NCBI GenBank assembly: GCA_963712385.1
Contig: CAVQHS010000009.1
Location: 603,146 to 667,145, forward strand
Direction: 5' to 3'
DNA from: an uncultured Acidobacteriaceae bacterium
GTDB lineage: Bacteria; Acidobacteriota; Terriglobia; Terriglobales; Acidobacteriaceae
Length of the DNA: 64,000 nucleotides
A model generated the notes under the pieces. The model did not search any database. It was not told where the DNA came from and saw only the letters and a list, made by a program, of their open reading frames with translations. Both the position numbers and the translations under genes were made by a program. Each line of letters begins with the position of its first letter. The stretch's first letter is position 1. This document shows positions 36,901-46,945 of this stretch, one piece after another.

Positions 36901-37815
36901 CAGCTGGCCCATCACACGATGCGTGGTTCCGCTCTCATGGAAGCGCTGGTGATGTTCCAAATGCGCGGCGCGAAAACGTTCCGGAATGAACCGGCTAAGC
37001 GGGCTCCCGAGTGCTTCCTCGGCGGGACAATGGAATATTTCCTGGGCCGCCGCATTGAACAACAAGATGTGCTGCTGCTCGTCCACGGCGATGATTGCGT
37101 CCATGGCCGACTGGACGACTGCGTCGAGGCTGCCCTGGCTTTCCCGCAGCGCCGCCTGCACCCGTTGCAGTTCTTCGATGGCGGACTTCCTGTCCGCCAA
37201 CTCCGCCAGCGTGCGCTCGCGCTCTGCCAGAGTTTCTCTCAACTGCTGCTCCACCAGCTCTCGCTCGACAATCTGTAATTCCAGTTCACGGTTGACTCTG
37301 CGCAACTGTTGCGGACTGGGCAAAGCGATGGCCTTCGGAAGCAGCGGAATGAGCATGACGGCCGTTGCAACCGAAGCCGCCGCGGTGGCTGCTTTGACCA
37401 TGCCGGAGAGCACATAAGAAGCCCGCCAGACAGTCCATATCTCCATCAAATGCGTGGTGCCGCAGCCCAGGATGAACACGCCGAACATCCAGAAGGGCCA
37501 CTTAAACGGAAGGTCGCCGCGTCGCCGCAGAACCAGATAGATCAGCGCCGGAGGGATGCAGTAATACGAAAGCGTGATCAGACCGTCAGAGATGACATGC
37601 AGCCAAACGATCCACGGGTCCCACATGTAGCAGTAGCCGTGCGGCATGAAGTCTGCCGACCGCGCCGCCGCCCTCCGGATGGCCCCGGCGGCAAGCCAGA
37701 CCGACCCGGCGACCAGAGGGATGGCGATCCCGGCTTTGCCGAGGCGAGATGCCGTAGCGCGCTTCACTTGCTCGATGACTCCTTTTAGCCTTGGGTCTGT
37801 GAAAGGAAAGAACAA
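33937..37815 (-). CDS. Sensor histidine kinase: ETR1-like ethylene-binding-type TM domain, coiled coil, six PAS domains, HisKA, HATPase
   Basis: 1292 aa. Residues ~57-160 are [38 protein letters not shown]...[20 protein letters not shown]...[11 protein letters not shown]. Six ...D[IV]TERK/R...-terminated PAS modules follow. H-box [17 protein letters not shown]-boxes DNGVGF and GTGIGLATV. Confidence 0.9.
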   Translation of the reverse strand: MFFPFTDPRLKGVIEQVKRATASRLGKAGIAIPLVAGSVWLAAGAIRRAAARSADFMPHGYCYMWDPWIVWLHVISDGLITLSYYCIPPALIYLVLRRRGDLPFKWPFWMFGVFILGCGTTHLMEIWTVWRASYVLSGMVKAATAAASVATAVMLIPLLPKAIALPSPQQLRRVNRELELQIVERELVEQQLRETLAERERTLAELADRKSAIEELQRVQAALRESQGSLDAVVQSAMDAIIAVDEQQHILLFNAAAQEIFHCPAEEALGSPLSRFIPERFRAAHLEHHQRFHESGTTHRVMGQLGVLAGLRTDGTEFPVEIAISQIETAGRKIFTAIVRDVSERQRAEEALHESEQRYRLLFSEMLEGLALFEAVYDENGKPCDQRYLEVNSAFETHTGLSRDDVLGRTLREVLPGIEPFWIETYGKVVTTGKSLHFEDYAQPLQRWFEVTAFRTHQGHLAVTFADITERKHADEVLKESLAASEAALNDLADQKFALDQHAIVATTDVHGTITYVNDKFCAISQYSREELIGKNHRILNSGHHPKEFFQQMYRTIAGGQVWRDEICNRAKDGSIYWVDTTVVPFLDAQGKPRQYMAIRADVTERRRVEEAHAHLAALVASSDDAIISKTLDGTINAWNRSAEKVFGYSSAEAVGKSIMFLMPPERVGEEADILMRIGRGESVEHFETVRLRKDGGKIDVSVTISPIRDDRGAIVGASKIARDITERKRAEDALHESEERFQAMANGIPQLAWMADPDGHIFWYNQRWYEYTGTTFEQMQGWAWQTVHDPTVLPKVLERWKGAISSGNPFEMEFPLRGADGVYREFLTRVMPVKDSEGRVARWFGTNTDISERKQAEQQLAGQAEELSRQAVELARSGEALEAQTRMLELVLESTGEGLIAADREGHFLIWNDSAKKLLGRGPANLPPDQWAAYYQTYQLDGTTPCPTDGLPLVRALNGESAEVELIVANRDQGNPAFLGFTARPMKDAHGNLCGGVVAFRDVTERRAAEQRTRKLNEELEERVVQRTAQLETANRELEAFTYSVSHDLRAPLRHIGGFSRILIEDFGPELAPEARDHVLRIEDGVQRMGLLVDELLNLARVGRHALRIQSSNLNSIVEEVISLLQPEIAGRAVNWRIASLPLAPCDPVLIKQVFQNLIANALKFTRPRERADIEISCRPENGNLIFTVRDNGVGFDMKYMDKLFGVFQRLHRAEDFEGTGIGLATVQRIIHKHGGRVWAEAEPDKGATFFFTITAAQPSAVKPDRTEAGNSSPVELTEPAGKTAVAGVRT

Positions 37816-38024
37816 GCTGCGATAACGCTTTGGACGCAGCCTCGTCAGTCTGAGTTATCGGCGAGGCGGGGGCGAGCTTTAAGGCGGGAAGTGTTGCGGC
37901 AAACCAAGGTACTAATGTGCGATTTTCGAGTAAGAATTTACTTAACTGGTTTATTGCGTCATTATTGGGTCAATTTAGTTACGGTGCAGTTCGATTCCAG
38001 CCGCGATGGGGCGATAGATTGCAG

Positions 38025-38078
38025 CCCACGCCGTAAGGCGTGGGTGGAAAGTGGAAAGGAAACAAGCTCCGAAGGAGC
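38025..38078. repeat. REP-like paired hairpins
   Basis: cccacgcc-gtaa-ggcgtggg (38025..38044) and gctcc-gaa-ggagc (38066..38078). The spurious translation is ...PRRKAWVESGKETSSEGAQE... Lies just 3' of rmuC. Confidence 0.5.
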
Positions 38079-38102
38079 GCAAGAAAGCTGCAAACGGTCT
38101 CT

Positions 38103-39474
38103 TCAGCCCACCTTACGTTCTGGCGTTTCCTCCGGGGCGTCTTCATCCCAGTCAAACGAAAGCGCCCGAGCCGTAGTCTCAACCGGCTGAAGTTCCGGAA
38201 TATCCTCCGCCACGGAAGCGCCCAACTCCGCAAACTTTCGCGCCGAAACGAGAACCCGGCTCTCCAGCGACCCTACGGCCTTGTTGTAAGCTTCGACCGC
38301 ACGGTCGAGTCCCGTGCCGACTGAGGTAATATGTGCGGCAAGGAGACGCAGGCGATCATGCAGTTCCTTGCCCAGCGCGCTGATCTGCTGCGCGTTGCGC
38401 GCCAGCTTTTCCTGGTTCCATCCGTAATTAATGGCCTTTAACAACGCGATCAGAGTAGTAGGCGAAGCCGGGATCACACGACTCAGGACTCCGTGCTCAA
38501 TCAATCCGGAATCCTGCTCAAGCGCCGCGCTGAAAAAAGTTTCGCCGGGAAGAAACATCACCACGAACTCGGGCGTCGAGTCGAACTGCTCCCAATATTT
38601 CTTTCCGCTAAGCGTATTCATGTGATCGCGCACCTGCCGCGCATGATTGGCCAGGCAGAGGCGGCGCGCATCTTCATCCGTAGTCTCGAAAGCATCCAGA
38701 AAAGCCTGCAGCGGCGTTTTCGCATCGACAACGACATTCTTTCCGCCGGGCAGCTTTACGACGAGATCGGGCCGCAGCCGCCCGCTCTCGGTGCTCACCG
38801 TTTCCTGCTCGGTGAAATCGCAGTAAGACAACATGCCGGCAATCTCAACCACCCGCCGCAGCTGAATCTCTCCCCAACGCCCGCGAACGTTGGGCGTGCG
38901 CAGCGCCCGCACCAAGATTTCCGGTTTGCGATTGCAGTTCTTTCTGGGTAGTGATCAGCGACTGTACCTGGGCGCGGAGTTCGCCGTAGGCGTCGCCACG
39001 CGCCACTTCCATTTGCTGAATCTGCGTGTCCACCTTATTCAGCGACTCGCGCACCGGCGTGACCAAGTCAGAGACAGCCTTTTGTCGCGCTTCCAGGTCG
39101 CCCCTCGCCTCCGTCTGAAACCGCTGCAGGCTCTCTCTCGCCAGCGTGAGGAAGGATAAGTTGTTGCTCTTCAGCGCGTCGGAAGCCATGGCCTTAAACG
39201 CGTTTTGCAACTCCTCGCCGGCCCGGGTCACTAACTCAATCTTTTCGTTGTTGCCCTTTCGTTCCGCCTCCAGAGCCGATTCGAGCCTCGCTTTATCCGC
39301 GATCAGTTCACCCTGAACCTGCAAGAGCCGCGCCAGATCCGCCTTTCCAGCCGATAATTCCTTTTCCATCAGAGACAAACGAGCCTGCAACGCAGCCGTA
39401 CGCCCGCGCAGCGCCAGCCAAGCAATCACGCTGCCAAACAACAGGCCAATGACCCCAGCCATGCCAGGTCCCAT
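38103..39474 (-). pseudogene. rmuC: DNA recombination protein RmuC, interrupted by a 1-nt insertion
   Basis: The N-terminal TM plus coiled-coil part (ORF 38845..39474) ends ...[11 protein letters not shown] and then reads nonsense. The nuclease part (ORF 38103..38915) starts at (L)[27 protein letters not shown]. Removing one G from cttGGtgcgg (CC at 38912-38913 on the + strand) restores ...[15 protein letters not shown]... Confidence 0.75.
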
Positions 39475-39581
39475 AGCGAAAGTAACTTCTCCCGGTGGAT
39501 TTCAGCTTCTAGCGTAGCACCAGCAGCAAGTTTGAGCCGCAATCAAGCCCTTCCCGAGGACTGTGGAGTAGGCGCAAACGA

Positions 39582-40502
39582 ATGCTAACCGGCCCGAGAG
39601 CGATTGGCAGGAAAATCATCGCTGCAGCGTTGCTGGGAATGAGTGGCGCGTCCCTGCAGCCGCCCGCCCGACTGATGGCCTCGTCCGGGACGGGCGAGGC
39701 CGGCAAGACCGCCTCGCAGGCGACCTTAAAGTCAGTCTCCGCAGCTTCCCCAGACGTTCCCCTTGCCGAGTTTGACGCCGATTCGGAGCGTCAGTTGTTG
39801 GAGCTTGTAAACCAGGCAAGAGCCGCAGCGGGCCTGGCGCCTCTCGCGCTCGATGGCGGTCTAACGCAAGCGGCCCGCGCGCACGCGCAAGCGATGTTCA
39901 CCGCTCGTCAGCTTTCCCATCAATTCGCCGGCGAGCCCTCCCTGGTCGATCGCCTGGTGGCCGCGACCCGCACGCAACTGGATCAGGAAGGCGAGAACGT
40001 CGCGCTTGATTTTGATGCTGCGGATGCGCACAAAAATCTGATGCTTTCGCCGCCGCACCGCGCCAACCTGCTGAATTCTGCCTATAACGTGATTGGGCTA
40101 GGCGTAGTGCGCAGCGGCGACCAGCTCTATGTCGTGCAAGACTTCGGCCATGCCCTCCCCAGTTATTCCGCCACAGAAGTAAAGGATAGAATTGCGCCTG
40201 CTGTCGTCCAGATGCGGCATCAGCTCGGCCAGCCGAATCTCGCGCAGCGCGATTTACCGGCTGCAGATGCTGCCGCGTGCTCCATGGCACAGGCGGACAA
40301 ACTCGGCACCTCCCCCGTTCAACAACTCGCCCAACGTTACACCGTGCTCACCTACACCTCGCTGCATCCCGAAACGCTTCCGGGAGAGGCCCGGCAGGTG
40401 CTCAAGAGCCACAACCTGCGCAGCTTCTCCGTGGGCAGTTGCTATGCGAAGACAGAGACTTATCCTACGGGAGTGTACTGGGTTGTTCTTGCGCTAGATT
40501 AA
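39582..40502 (+). CDS. CAP/SCP (PR-1-like) domain protein, secreted
   Basis: Signal-like N-terminus. ELVNQARAAAGLAPLALDGGLTQAARAHAQAM...NLMLSPPHRANLLNSAYNVIGLGV is typical of CAP domains. Confidence 0.7.
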   Translation: MLTGPRAIGRKIIAAALLGMSGASLQPPARLMASSGTGEAGKTASQATLKSVSAASPDVPLAEFDADSERQLLELVNQARAAAGLAPLALDGGLTQAARAHAQAMFTARQLSHQFAGEPSLVDRLVAATRTQLDQEGENVALDFDAADAHKNLMLSPPHRANLLNSAYNVIGLGVVRSGDQLYVVQDFGHALPSYSATEVKDRIAPAVVQMRHQLGQPNLAQRDLPAADAAACSMAQADKLGTSPVQQLAQRYTVLTYTSLHPETLPGEARQVLKSHNLRSFSVGSCYAKTETYPTGVYWVVLALD

Positions 40503-40623
40503 GAAAACAGCATGCTCGCCTTTTGGCATTGTCCCTCCTGGGCACGCAAGTAAGCGAACAAGGAGCAGGTGTGCACCGGTCTCATTGTGCTACCCTTCAC
40601 CCAGCCTTCCGTCCACGCTTCCC

Positions 40624-41580
40624 ATGGAAGCCCAACCCAACATCCGCATCGGCACAGCCGGCTGGTCCTACAAGGATTGGGACGGCATCTTCTACCCTCC
40701 CGGCATGCAGCGCCGCAAGCTGCATCCGCTCGAATACCTGGCGCGCTTCTTTGACACCACTGAAATCAACACTTCGTTTTATGGGCCAATCAAACCCGAA
40801 CTAGCCAAACTCTGGTGCCGCAAAGTAGCCGCAGTCAACAAGAATTTTCTCTTCACCGCCAAGCTGTATCGAGCTTTCACCCATTCGCCGATCGCTGTGA
40901 TGGAGCCGACTTCCGCCGCGACCATCCGCCCAAGTGACGAAGATGAGGCACGCACCCGCGAAGGCCTGGACGCCATCGCCAACGAGGGCCTGCTGGGCGC
41001 GCTGCTCATTCAGTTCCCCGTTTCGTTCAAGAACACATCCCTCAACCGCGAATATCTCGACCGCCTGCTGCGCCAGTTCATCGAGTATCCGCGAGTAGTA
41101 GAAGTTCGCCACTCCAGTTGGAACGACCCCGCAACGCTAGCCGAATTCGCCCAGAAAAACGTAGGCTTCTGCAACATTGACCAGCCGCAACTAGGCCGCT
41201 CGCTCGCGCCCACCGAGCACGTCACCGGAGCCATTGGCTACGTCCGCCTACACGGCCGCAACTATGAACATTGGTTTGCCGATCAAGGTTCCGGCTCCGA
41301 CAACCGCAACGACCGCTACAACTATCTCTACAAGCCGAGCGAACTCGAACGCTGGAAAGAGCGCATCCTAACCGTAGCCGAGAAAGCCCAGGCGACCTAC
41401 GTAATCACCAACAATCACTTCGAAAGTAAAGCGGGCGTGAACGCGCTCGAACTGAAAGCCATGATCACCGGCAAGCGCGTGCCAGCCCCGCCCACGCTGA
41501 TCCAGAAATATCCGGAATTAAGAAGCATCACCGATGCTGCGGATGTGGAAGGAACGACTCCAACGCTGGAGTTCAGGTAG
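40624..41580 (+). CDS. DUF72-family protein
   Basis: ATG 40624 opens MEAQPNIRIGTAGWSYKDWDGIFYP, the DUF72 N-terminal signature. Also contains ...VEVRHSSW... Confidence 0.8.
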   Translation: MEAQPNIRIGTAGWSYKDWDGIFYPPGMQRRKLHPLEYLARFFDTTEINTSFYGPIKPELAKLWCRKVAAVNKNFLFTAKLYRAFTHSPIAVMEPTSAATIRPSDEDEARTREGLDAIANEGLLGALLIQFPVSFKNTSLNREYLDRLLRQFIEYPRVVEVRHSSWNDPATLAEFAQKNVGFCNIDQPQLGRSLAPTEHVTGAIGYVRLHGRNYEHWFADQGSGSDNRNDRYNYLYKPSELERWKERILTVAEKAQATYVITNNHFESKAGVNALELKAMITGKRVPAPPTLIQKYPELRSITDAADVEGTTPTLEFR

Positions 41581-41583
41581 GTC

Positions 41584-41637
41584 GGTATCAGGCAAGCATC
41601 ATGCGAGAAGGTTCGTATCAGGGCGAGCATTCATGCG
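41584..41637 (+). repeat. Two tandem imperfect ~23-nt repeats
   Basis: ggtatcaggcaagcatcatgcg (41584..41605) and cgtatcagggcgagcattcatgcg (41614..41637), followed by the hairpin cccg-gact-cggg. Lies between the convergent DUF72 and cheX 3' ends. Confidence 0.55.
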
Positions 41638-41676
41638 CGCCGATCAGACGCCGCAATTAAAACCCGGACTCGGGAC

Positions 41677-42174
41677 TTAACGTGCTGCCACTGCGTGATC
41701 GCTCATCCGCCGCTTGTTGTACCGCAGTGCGACGTTCATAAACACATTGCCAAGGGAGGTCTCAAAGCAGATCATCAGAGCCTCAACATCTTCGCTGGTC
41801 TTATCGCCCTCCGCCGAGGTGAGTAACACGGGAGGATGCACGCGGAAGTGAAAGCCTTGATCGTTCAAGGCGGAGACGGCGTTGCCCACAACCTGGTTGG
41901 CTAGTTCGAAGATGGTTTCTTTGATCAGGCCGTCAGACTCGGGAAGGTCGGCGCCCGCGTAGTGGCTGGCTACGCGCACGGCCGTCTGCGGCTCGAGATC
42001 GAGAATGATGCGCCCCTCAATGTCTCCGGTGAGCCCCACCATGCCGGCCACGCCTTTGCGGCGATAGCCCTGCTCATCCATGGTGAGGTTCTCCACCTTG
42101 GTGGTTCCTGAAAGACCTTGCGACAACACAGCGTCGGCCGCGTTGATGAAAGGCTGGATCAGTTCCATCTTCAT
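41677..42174 (-). CDS. cheX: CheX/CheC-like chemotaxis phosphatase
   Basis: 165 aa. Its length, its position after cheY, and VGLTGDIEGRIILDL...ELANQVVGNA resemble CheX. Confidence 0.6.
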   Translation of the reverse strand: MKMELIQPFINAADAVLSQGLSGTTKVENLTMDEQGYRRKGVAGMVGLTGDIEGRIILDLEPQTAVRVASHYAGADLPESDGLIKETIFELANQVVGNAVSALNDQGFHFRVHPPVLLTSAEGDKTSEDVEALMICFETSLGNVFMNVALRYNKRRMSDHAVAAR

Positions 42175-42179
42175 TGCAA

Positions 42180-42620
42180 TCAGGCCCCCGCGCCGGCCGT
42201 GTTAGCGACGGCGCCGTCTTCTCCCATTACGTACTTGATAACTTCGTAGAGAACTTCCGGCTTCACCGGCTTCTGCACGAAATGCCGCGCCCCGCGCTGC
42301 AAGGCGGCTACGATGTTCTCCTGATAGCCGACGGAGGAGACCATGACGATGCGAGCGTCGGGATGCGCCTGAACGATTTTTTCGGCAGCCTCGATACCCT
42401 CCATCTGCGGCATGGTGATATCCATCAGCACGATATCCGGATGCGTGCGATCGAACTCGCTGATGGCAGTTAAGCCGTCGCCGGCTTCCCCGGCCACCTG
42501 ACCGCCGAACGTTTCAATCATCCGCGCAAGATTCTTACGCGCGAAGACAGAATCGTCCACGATCAAATAGCGGACGGACTGCCCGTCTTTGCTTCGTTTT
42601 ACTGGTGCGAACTGCTCCAT
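42180..42620 (-). CDS. cheY: Chemotaxis response regulator CheY
   Basis: YLIVDDSVFARKN, DIVLMDITMPQMEG, VMVSS, FVQKP. Single receiver domain inside the che cluster. Confidence 0.85.
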   Translation of the reverse strand: MEQFAPVKRSKDGQSVRYLIVDDSVFARKNLARMIETFGGQVAGEAGDGLTAISEFDRTHPDIVLMDITMPQMEGIEAAEKIVQAHPDARIVMVSSVGYQENIVAALQRGARHFVQKPVKPEVLYEVIKYVMGEDGAVANTAGAGA

Positions 42621-42705
42621 AACAACCTCCCCTTCGCAATTTCATCACGTCGGTTACACGCCAGCCAGATGACTGAAGTCACCCTGCCTGGCGTTCCGCA
42701 TTGCT

Positions 42706-43806
42706 CTAAAGTCCAACGCGAAGCGCCTTCTTTCCTACGCCTTCGGAGTTCTCACCTCGGCCGCAAAGCGCCTGCAATGTGGAAGAAAGCACATCCAGAG
42801 CCACCACCCGAGTGGCATAACCGCGTTCAATCGCGGCTTTTGGCATGCCAAACACCACGCAGGATTCTTCGCTCTGCGCGACGGTAACGCCTCCGGCTTT
42901 CTTCACCGCTCCAAGTCCCTCAGCTCCGTCGTCTCCCATTCCGGTCATTAAGACGGCGATTCCATTGCGGCCAAATTCGTTCGCCAGGCTTTGAAACAGA
43001 ACATCCACGCTGGGACGATGGCCGTTGACCGGAGCTTCGTCATTGAGCACTACGACGTCACCCATGGGCAGGTGCTTCACCGTCATGTGTCGGCTGCCCG
43101 GGGCAATAAACACGCGCCCTGCCTGCAGTTGGTCTCCTGATTGGGCCTGCTTTACGCGCAGCGCGCACATATCGTCCAGCCGGCGCGCAAACATGTCAGT
43201 GAATCCTTCCGGCATGTGTTGGACTACTACGATTGCTCCGGGAAAGTCGGCAGGAAGTTGCGCCAGCAGATATTCGAGCGCCTGCGGCCCGCCGGTGGAG
43301 ATGCCGATGGCGATGGTGCGTGCGGGAGATTTTGCCAGTTTTGCGGGCGCCAACTTGGCGGGACGGGGCGGAGCCGTGAGCAGCCATCCTGAACGAACCA
43401 CTTTGCATTCTGCGGCGACCTTGATCTTCGCAATCAGTTCCCGCGCCGCGTCAGCCATGTGCAAGGTCGCATCGTGCGGCTTGGCCACAAAGTCGAACGC
43501 ACCCAGTGCCAGAGCCTTGAGCGTGATGGAAGCGCCTTCAGTGGAATGCGAGCTCACAACGATTACCGGCAACGGCTGCCGCCGCATGACTTCCTTCAAC
43601 GTATCGATGCCGTTCATGCCCGGCATTTCCAAATCGAGCGTGACCACGTTGGGCTGCAGTTCTTCGATTTTCTTCAGGCAGAAGCTGCCGTCCATCGCGG
43701 TGCCGACGACCTCAATGGAATTGTCCGTGGCCAACATTTGCGGGATCAGCTTCCGCATCAAGGCCGAGTCGTCGACCACCAGAACGCGCACTTTATTACT
43801 GCTCAT
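42706..43806 (-). CDS. cheB: Protein-glutamate methylesterase CheB
   Basis: REC domain (VLVVDDSALMRK, VVTLDLEMPGMNG) plus an esterase domain (IGISTGGPQAL, VVQHMPEGFT, LMTGMGDDGA). Confidence 0.9.
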   Translation of the reverse strand: MSSNKVRVLVVDDSALMRKLIPQMLATDNSIEVVGTAMDGSFCLKKIEELQPNVVTLDLEMPGMNGIDTLKEVMRRQPLPVIVVSSHSTEGASITLKALALGAFDFVAKPHDATLHMADAARELIAKIKVAAECKVVRSGWLLTAPPRPAKLAPAKLAKSPARTIAIGISTGGPQALEYLLAQLPADFPGAIVVVQHMPEGFTDMFARRLDDMCALRVKQAQSGDQLQAGRVFIAPGSRHMTVKHLPMGDVVVLNDEAPVNGHRPSVDVLFQSLANEFGRNGIAVLMTGMGDDGAEGLGAVKKAGGVTVAQSEESCVVFGMPKAAIERGYATRVVALDVLSSTLQALCGRGENSEGVGKKALRVGL

Positions 43807-45980
43807 GCCCGGCCTCCGGCGGTGCCCAGAGCCAGACGCGCACGGTCGGCCGCATTCAGCAAGAGGCCAAAGCTGCTCATGCCCGTTTCGTCCCGCCGGA
43901 ATTTCGAGATATGTTCTACTACTGCTGGCAAGTTGAGGATCAGCACTACTTTCCCATCTCCCAGGATGGAGGCGCCGCTTACCAGATCGGTGGAGAAAGT
44001 TTGATCGTCCAAAGCTTTGATCACTAATTCCTCTTCGCCTTCGAGTGCGTCGACGATCAACCCGTATTTCTTCTCGCCGACCGTGATCACTAAAACGAAC
44101 AGCTTGCCCTTGCGATCTCCATCCGCGGGAGCGCCGCGGCCAAGGCGCAGCAGAGGCATGACCTGGTTGCGAAGCTGCCAGACTTCATAGTTGTCCACCT
44201 GATGAACTTCGTTCTCGGTTGTGCGTGCGATCTGGCTAACGGCGTTCAGCGGAATCGCGTAGAGCCGCTGTTCCACCCAGAACATGAGCGCCTTGATGAT
44301 GGCCAGCGTGAGCGGAAGCTTCAAACGGAACGTTGTTCCTTGCCCGGGGCGAGTCTCGATGTGAATGGTGGCCTTCAGACGTTGCAGTACGCTTTGCACC
44401 ACATCCATGCCTACGCCACGCCCGGAAACCTCGGTGACTTGCTCGGCGGTAGTGAAACCGGGACGGAAAATCAGCTCCACTGTCTCCGCTTCGCTCAGGC
44501 GCGCGGCTTCTTCGGCAGTAATGATTCCCAGCTGGATGGCTTTGTCGCGAACCTTCATGGCGTCGATTCCGCGCCCGTCGTCGGTGACTTCAACTACCAC
44601 CTGATTGCCCTGATGAAAGGCGTGCAAGCGAATCGTTCCCCGGTGTGCCTTGGCTAAGTTTTTGCGTTCTTCGGGCGGTTCAATGCCGTGACTGACAGCG
44701 TTTCTGACGAGATGCGTCAGAGGTTCGGCAATAGCGTCCAGAATGCCCTTGTCCAGATCCGTTTCCTGTCCACTCAGTTCGAGATCGACTTCGCGACCGC
44801 ATTGCAGCGCCACATCGCGCACGATGCGCGGAAAACGGCGGAATAGTTGATCCACCGGGACCATTCGAATCTTCATCACCGAGCGTTGCAGATCGTTGAG
44901 CACACGTGACTGAAAGGCCATGGCATCGGCGAATTTTCCGCGCAGCATTTCTCTGGGATAGCGTTTGCCGAACTCGATCATGACTTGTTGCAACATCGAT
45001 TTGCCGATGATGAGCTCTCCGACCAGGTTCAGAACGTTGTCGATGCGTCCAGCTTCCACGCGGAGGATATTCTCTGTTGCTGGCGCCTGTACCGGAGTTT
45101 CCTGCGCTGGGACGATGGTCTCGGCTTCCGAGAAAGACATCTCAGGTGGATTCTTCTCCGCAGCTTCCGTCGTGGGTGGTTCCGGTGACGCCGAAACCGT
45201 TTCCTGGGGCTTCTCGGCTTCTCTCGGTTCGGCCGCAGCAATCAGAGTTACACTGACTTCGCCCGCAATCGTCGGAATGCGGACTTTGGCGGCAATCTCA
45301 CGCTCGGAGTGTGAACTCGCGAGTACGAATTCCACCTGCTTGGCCGCAGCAGCCGATCTCGCATCGGGCCGTGCCATCAATACTTGGCCGATGGTGCTGA
45401 TCGCGTTCTGAAGAAGTTGGCGCGCTGCGATCGGCATGGCGCAATGCGGATCGATCTTCACCATCACTTCATGCAATGCCAGACCTGCGGCCCGGGCCTG
45501 AGCCATCGCCTGCTTCTCGGTAGCGGTCCAGTTCTTGCCGGAATCCATGCGGCCTTTGGCGGTCTTCTTTGTGGAGCGCGATTTCTTGGCGGCGGGAGCA
45601 GTGGTCAATTCTCGCACGCGCTTTCGCAATGCGTCCGTAGGAGGAAGGGAAGCTCCTCTGTGATATGCCGCGAGCATCTCGGCAAAAACATCCGCAGCAG
45701 TAAACGCAATTTCCGCCAGCGCCGCATGCGCAGCCGCGCTTTCCAGGGAGAGCGCATCTTCAAACTGATGCGCCAGTTCGCTCAACTCCCGGAATCCGCA
45801 CGCCGCCGAATCTCCCTTCAGCGTGTGGACCACGCGCCGGATGGAACGCACGATCTCCTCGTCGCCGGAATTTTTCTCCAGCTTCAGGGTCTCGTCGTTC
45901 AGCGTCTGCAGCAGTTCCTGGGAAGTTTCGAAGAAAAGTTCCCGCAGTTCTGCTCCACGCTCATCAGGACCGTCTGTCAC
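43803..45980 (-). CDS. cheA: Chemotaxis histidine kinase CheA
   Basis: Hpt VHTLKGDSAACGF. Dimerisation and HATPase domains (HLVRNAVSHGIE, DDGRGID, GRGVGMDVV). C-terminal CheW-like domain. 4-nt overlaps with cheR and cheB. Confidence 0.9.
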   Translation of the reverse strand: MTDGPDERGAELRELFFETSQELLQTLNDETLKLEKNSGDEEIVRSIRRVVHTLKGDSAACGFRELSELAHQFEDALSLESAAAHAALAEIAFTAADVFAEMLAAYHRGASLPPTDALRKRVRELTTAPAAKKSRSTKKTAKGRMDSGKNWTATEKQAMAQARAAGLALHEVMVKIDPHCAMPIAARQLLQNAISTIGQVLMARPDARSAAAAKQVEFVLASSHSEREIAAKVRIPTIAGEVSVTLIAAAEPREAEKPQETVSASPEPPTTEAAEKNPPEMSFSEAETIVPAQETPVQAPATENILRVEAGRIDNVLNLVGELIIGKSMLQQVMIEFGKRYPREMLRGKFADAMAFQSRVLNDLQRSVMKIRMVPVDQLFRRFPRIVRDVALQCGREVDLELSGQETDLDKGILDAIAEPLTHLVRNAVSHGIEPPEERKNLAKAHRGTIRLHAFHQGNQVVVEVTDDGRGIDAMKVRDKAIQLGIITAEEAARLSEAETVELIFRPGFTTAEQVTEVSGRGVGMDVVQSVLQRLKATIHIETRPGQGTTFRLKLPLTLAIIKALMFWVEQRLYAIPLNAVSQIARTTENEVHQVDNYEVWQLRNQVMPLLRLGRGAPADGDRKGKLFVLVITVGEKKYGLIVDALEGEEELVIKALDDQTFSTDLVSGASILGDGKVVLILNLPAVVEHISKFRRDETGMSSFGLLLNAADRARLALGTAGGRA

Positions 45981-46888
45981 TCCCGCACCTCAATCCGCTG
46001 ATATGCCGTTCCGCTGTCGCGATGCACCATCTTGAATTTTTCGGTTATCCCCAACAGGCTCTCCGCGTGTCCCACAAACAGATAGCCGCCGGGGTTCAAG
46101 CATCGGTAAAACTTCTCAATCAGCCGCTTCTGCTCCGGTTCGTCGAAATACATCATCACGTTGCGGCAGAAGATTACGTCGTTGCGTTGGGGCAAGTACT
46201 CCGTCTTCAGATTGTGGAAGTCGAAATGGACGATTTCTTTCAGAGCTTTCTTGATCGCGTAGCGATCACCGACTTTGTCAAAGTAGCGCAGACGGTAGGC
46301 GTAATCGACGGTGCCCATCTGGTGCTCGCTGTAGGCGGCTTCCTGGCCGGTGCGCAGCACCGAGTAGCTGATGTCGCTGGCCAGAATTTCTACGCGCCAC
46401 GGAGGCGGAATTAAGGGTTTCGGCAGAGCGATTTCGACGGGCAGCGGATTGCGCAGATAATAGTAGGCCAGCGAATCGGCCGACAACATGCCCAGCGTGT
46501 AGGGTTCCTGTCCGGTGGAGCAGCCCGCGCTCCAGATCCTTATGGAATATTCCCGCCGTGCTTGCTTCTGCTTCAACATCTCCTCCAGCACGTGCTTTTG
46601 AAACAGATCCAGTTGCGCCTTGTGCCGGAAGAAACTGGTCTCGTTCACCGTCAGGTTTTCGACCAATTTGGCCAGTTCGTCTTTGCCCTCGCGGCTGATC
46701 AACAGGCGATAGTAAGCGTAAAAGGAGTCGGCGCGGCATTCCTTCAGCCGCCGCAGAAGCCGGTCCTGCAGGAAGTGCATGCGCCGTTCATCGAAGTGCA
46801 TGCCGCACTCCTGATAGACCAGCGCTTGTAGGAGCCGAAGTTCCGCTTCCGTCAAAATGGGAGCTGGCGCCGCTCCGGATGTACTCAT
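45977..46888 (-). CDS. cheR: Chemotaxis methyltransferase CheR
   Basis: NETSFFRHKAQLDLF, IRIWSAGCSTGQEPYTLGML, DVIFCRNVMMYFD. Confidence 0.9.
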   Translation of the reverse strand: MSTSGAAPAPILTEAELRLLQALVYQECGMHFDERRMHFLQDRLLRRLKECRADSFYAYYRLLISREGKDELAKLVENLTVNETSFFRHKAQLDLFQKHVLEEMLKQKQARREYSIRIWSAGCSTGQEPYTLGMLSADSLAYYYLRNPLPVEIALPKPLIPPPWRVEILASDISYSVLRTGQEAAYSEHQMGTVDYAYRLRYFDKVGDRYAIKKALKEIVHFDFHNLKTEYLPQRNDVIFCRNVMMYFDEPEQKRLIEKFYRCLNPGGYLFVGHAESLLGITEKFKMVHRDSGTAYQRIEVRE

Positions 46889-46945
46889 TCGTGTCCTCGT
46901 TCTATGCGCGCACTCATCGATTTCGTCTGTCGAATTCCCATCGCC

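Noticed and set aside
37985-38012. GCAGTTCGATTCCAGCC, resembling a tRNA/tmRNA T-arm
   Set aside because: The five bases on each side of TTCGATT do not pair, and no acceptor stem, D-arm or anticodon arm can be built around it. It is probably part of the adjacent REP-like element.
38845-38915. Programmed ribosomal frameshift in rmuC
   Set aside because: There is no slippery heptamer or downstream structure at the junction. A single extra G explains the break, so a mutation or sequencing error is more parsimonious.
43025-43936. 303-aa plus-strand ORF
   Set aside because: It is antisense to cheB and the cheA 3' end. Its Ser/Ala/Cys-rich translation reads as nonsense.
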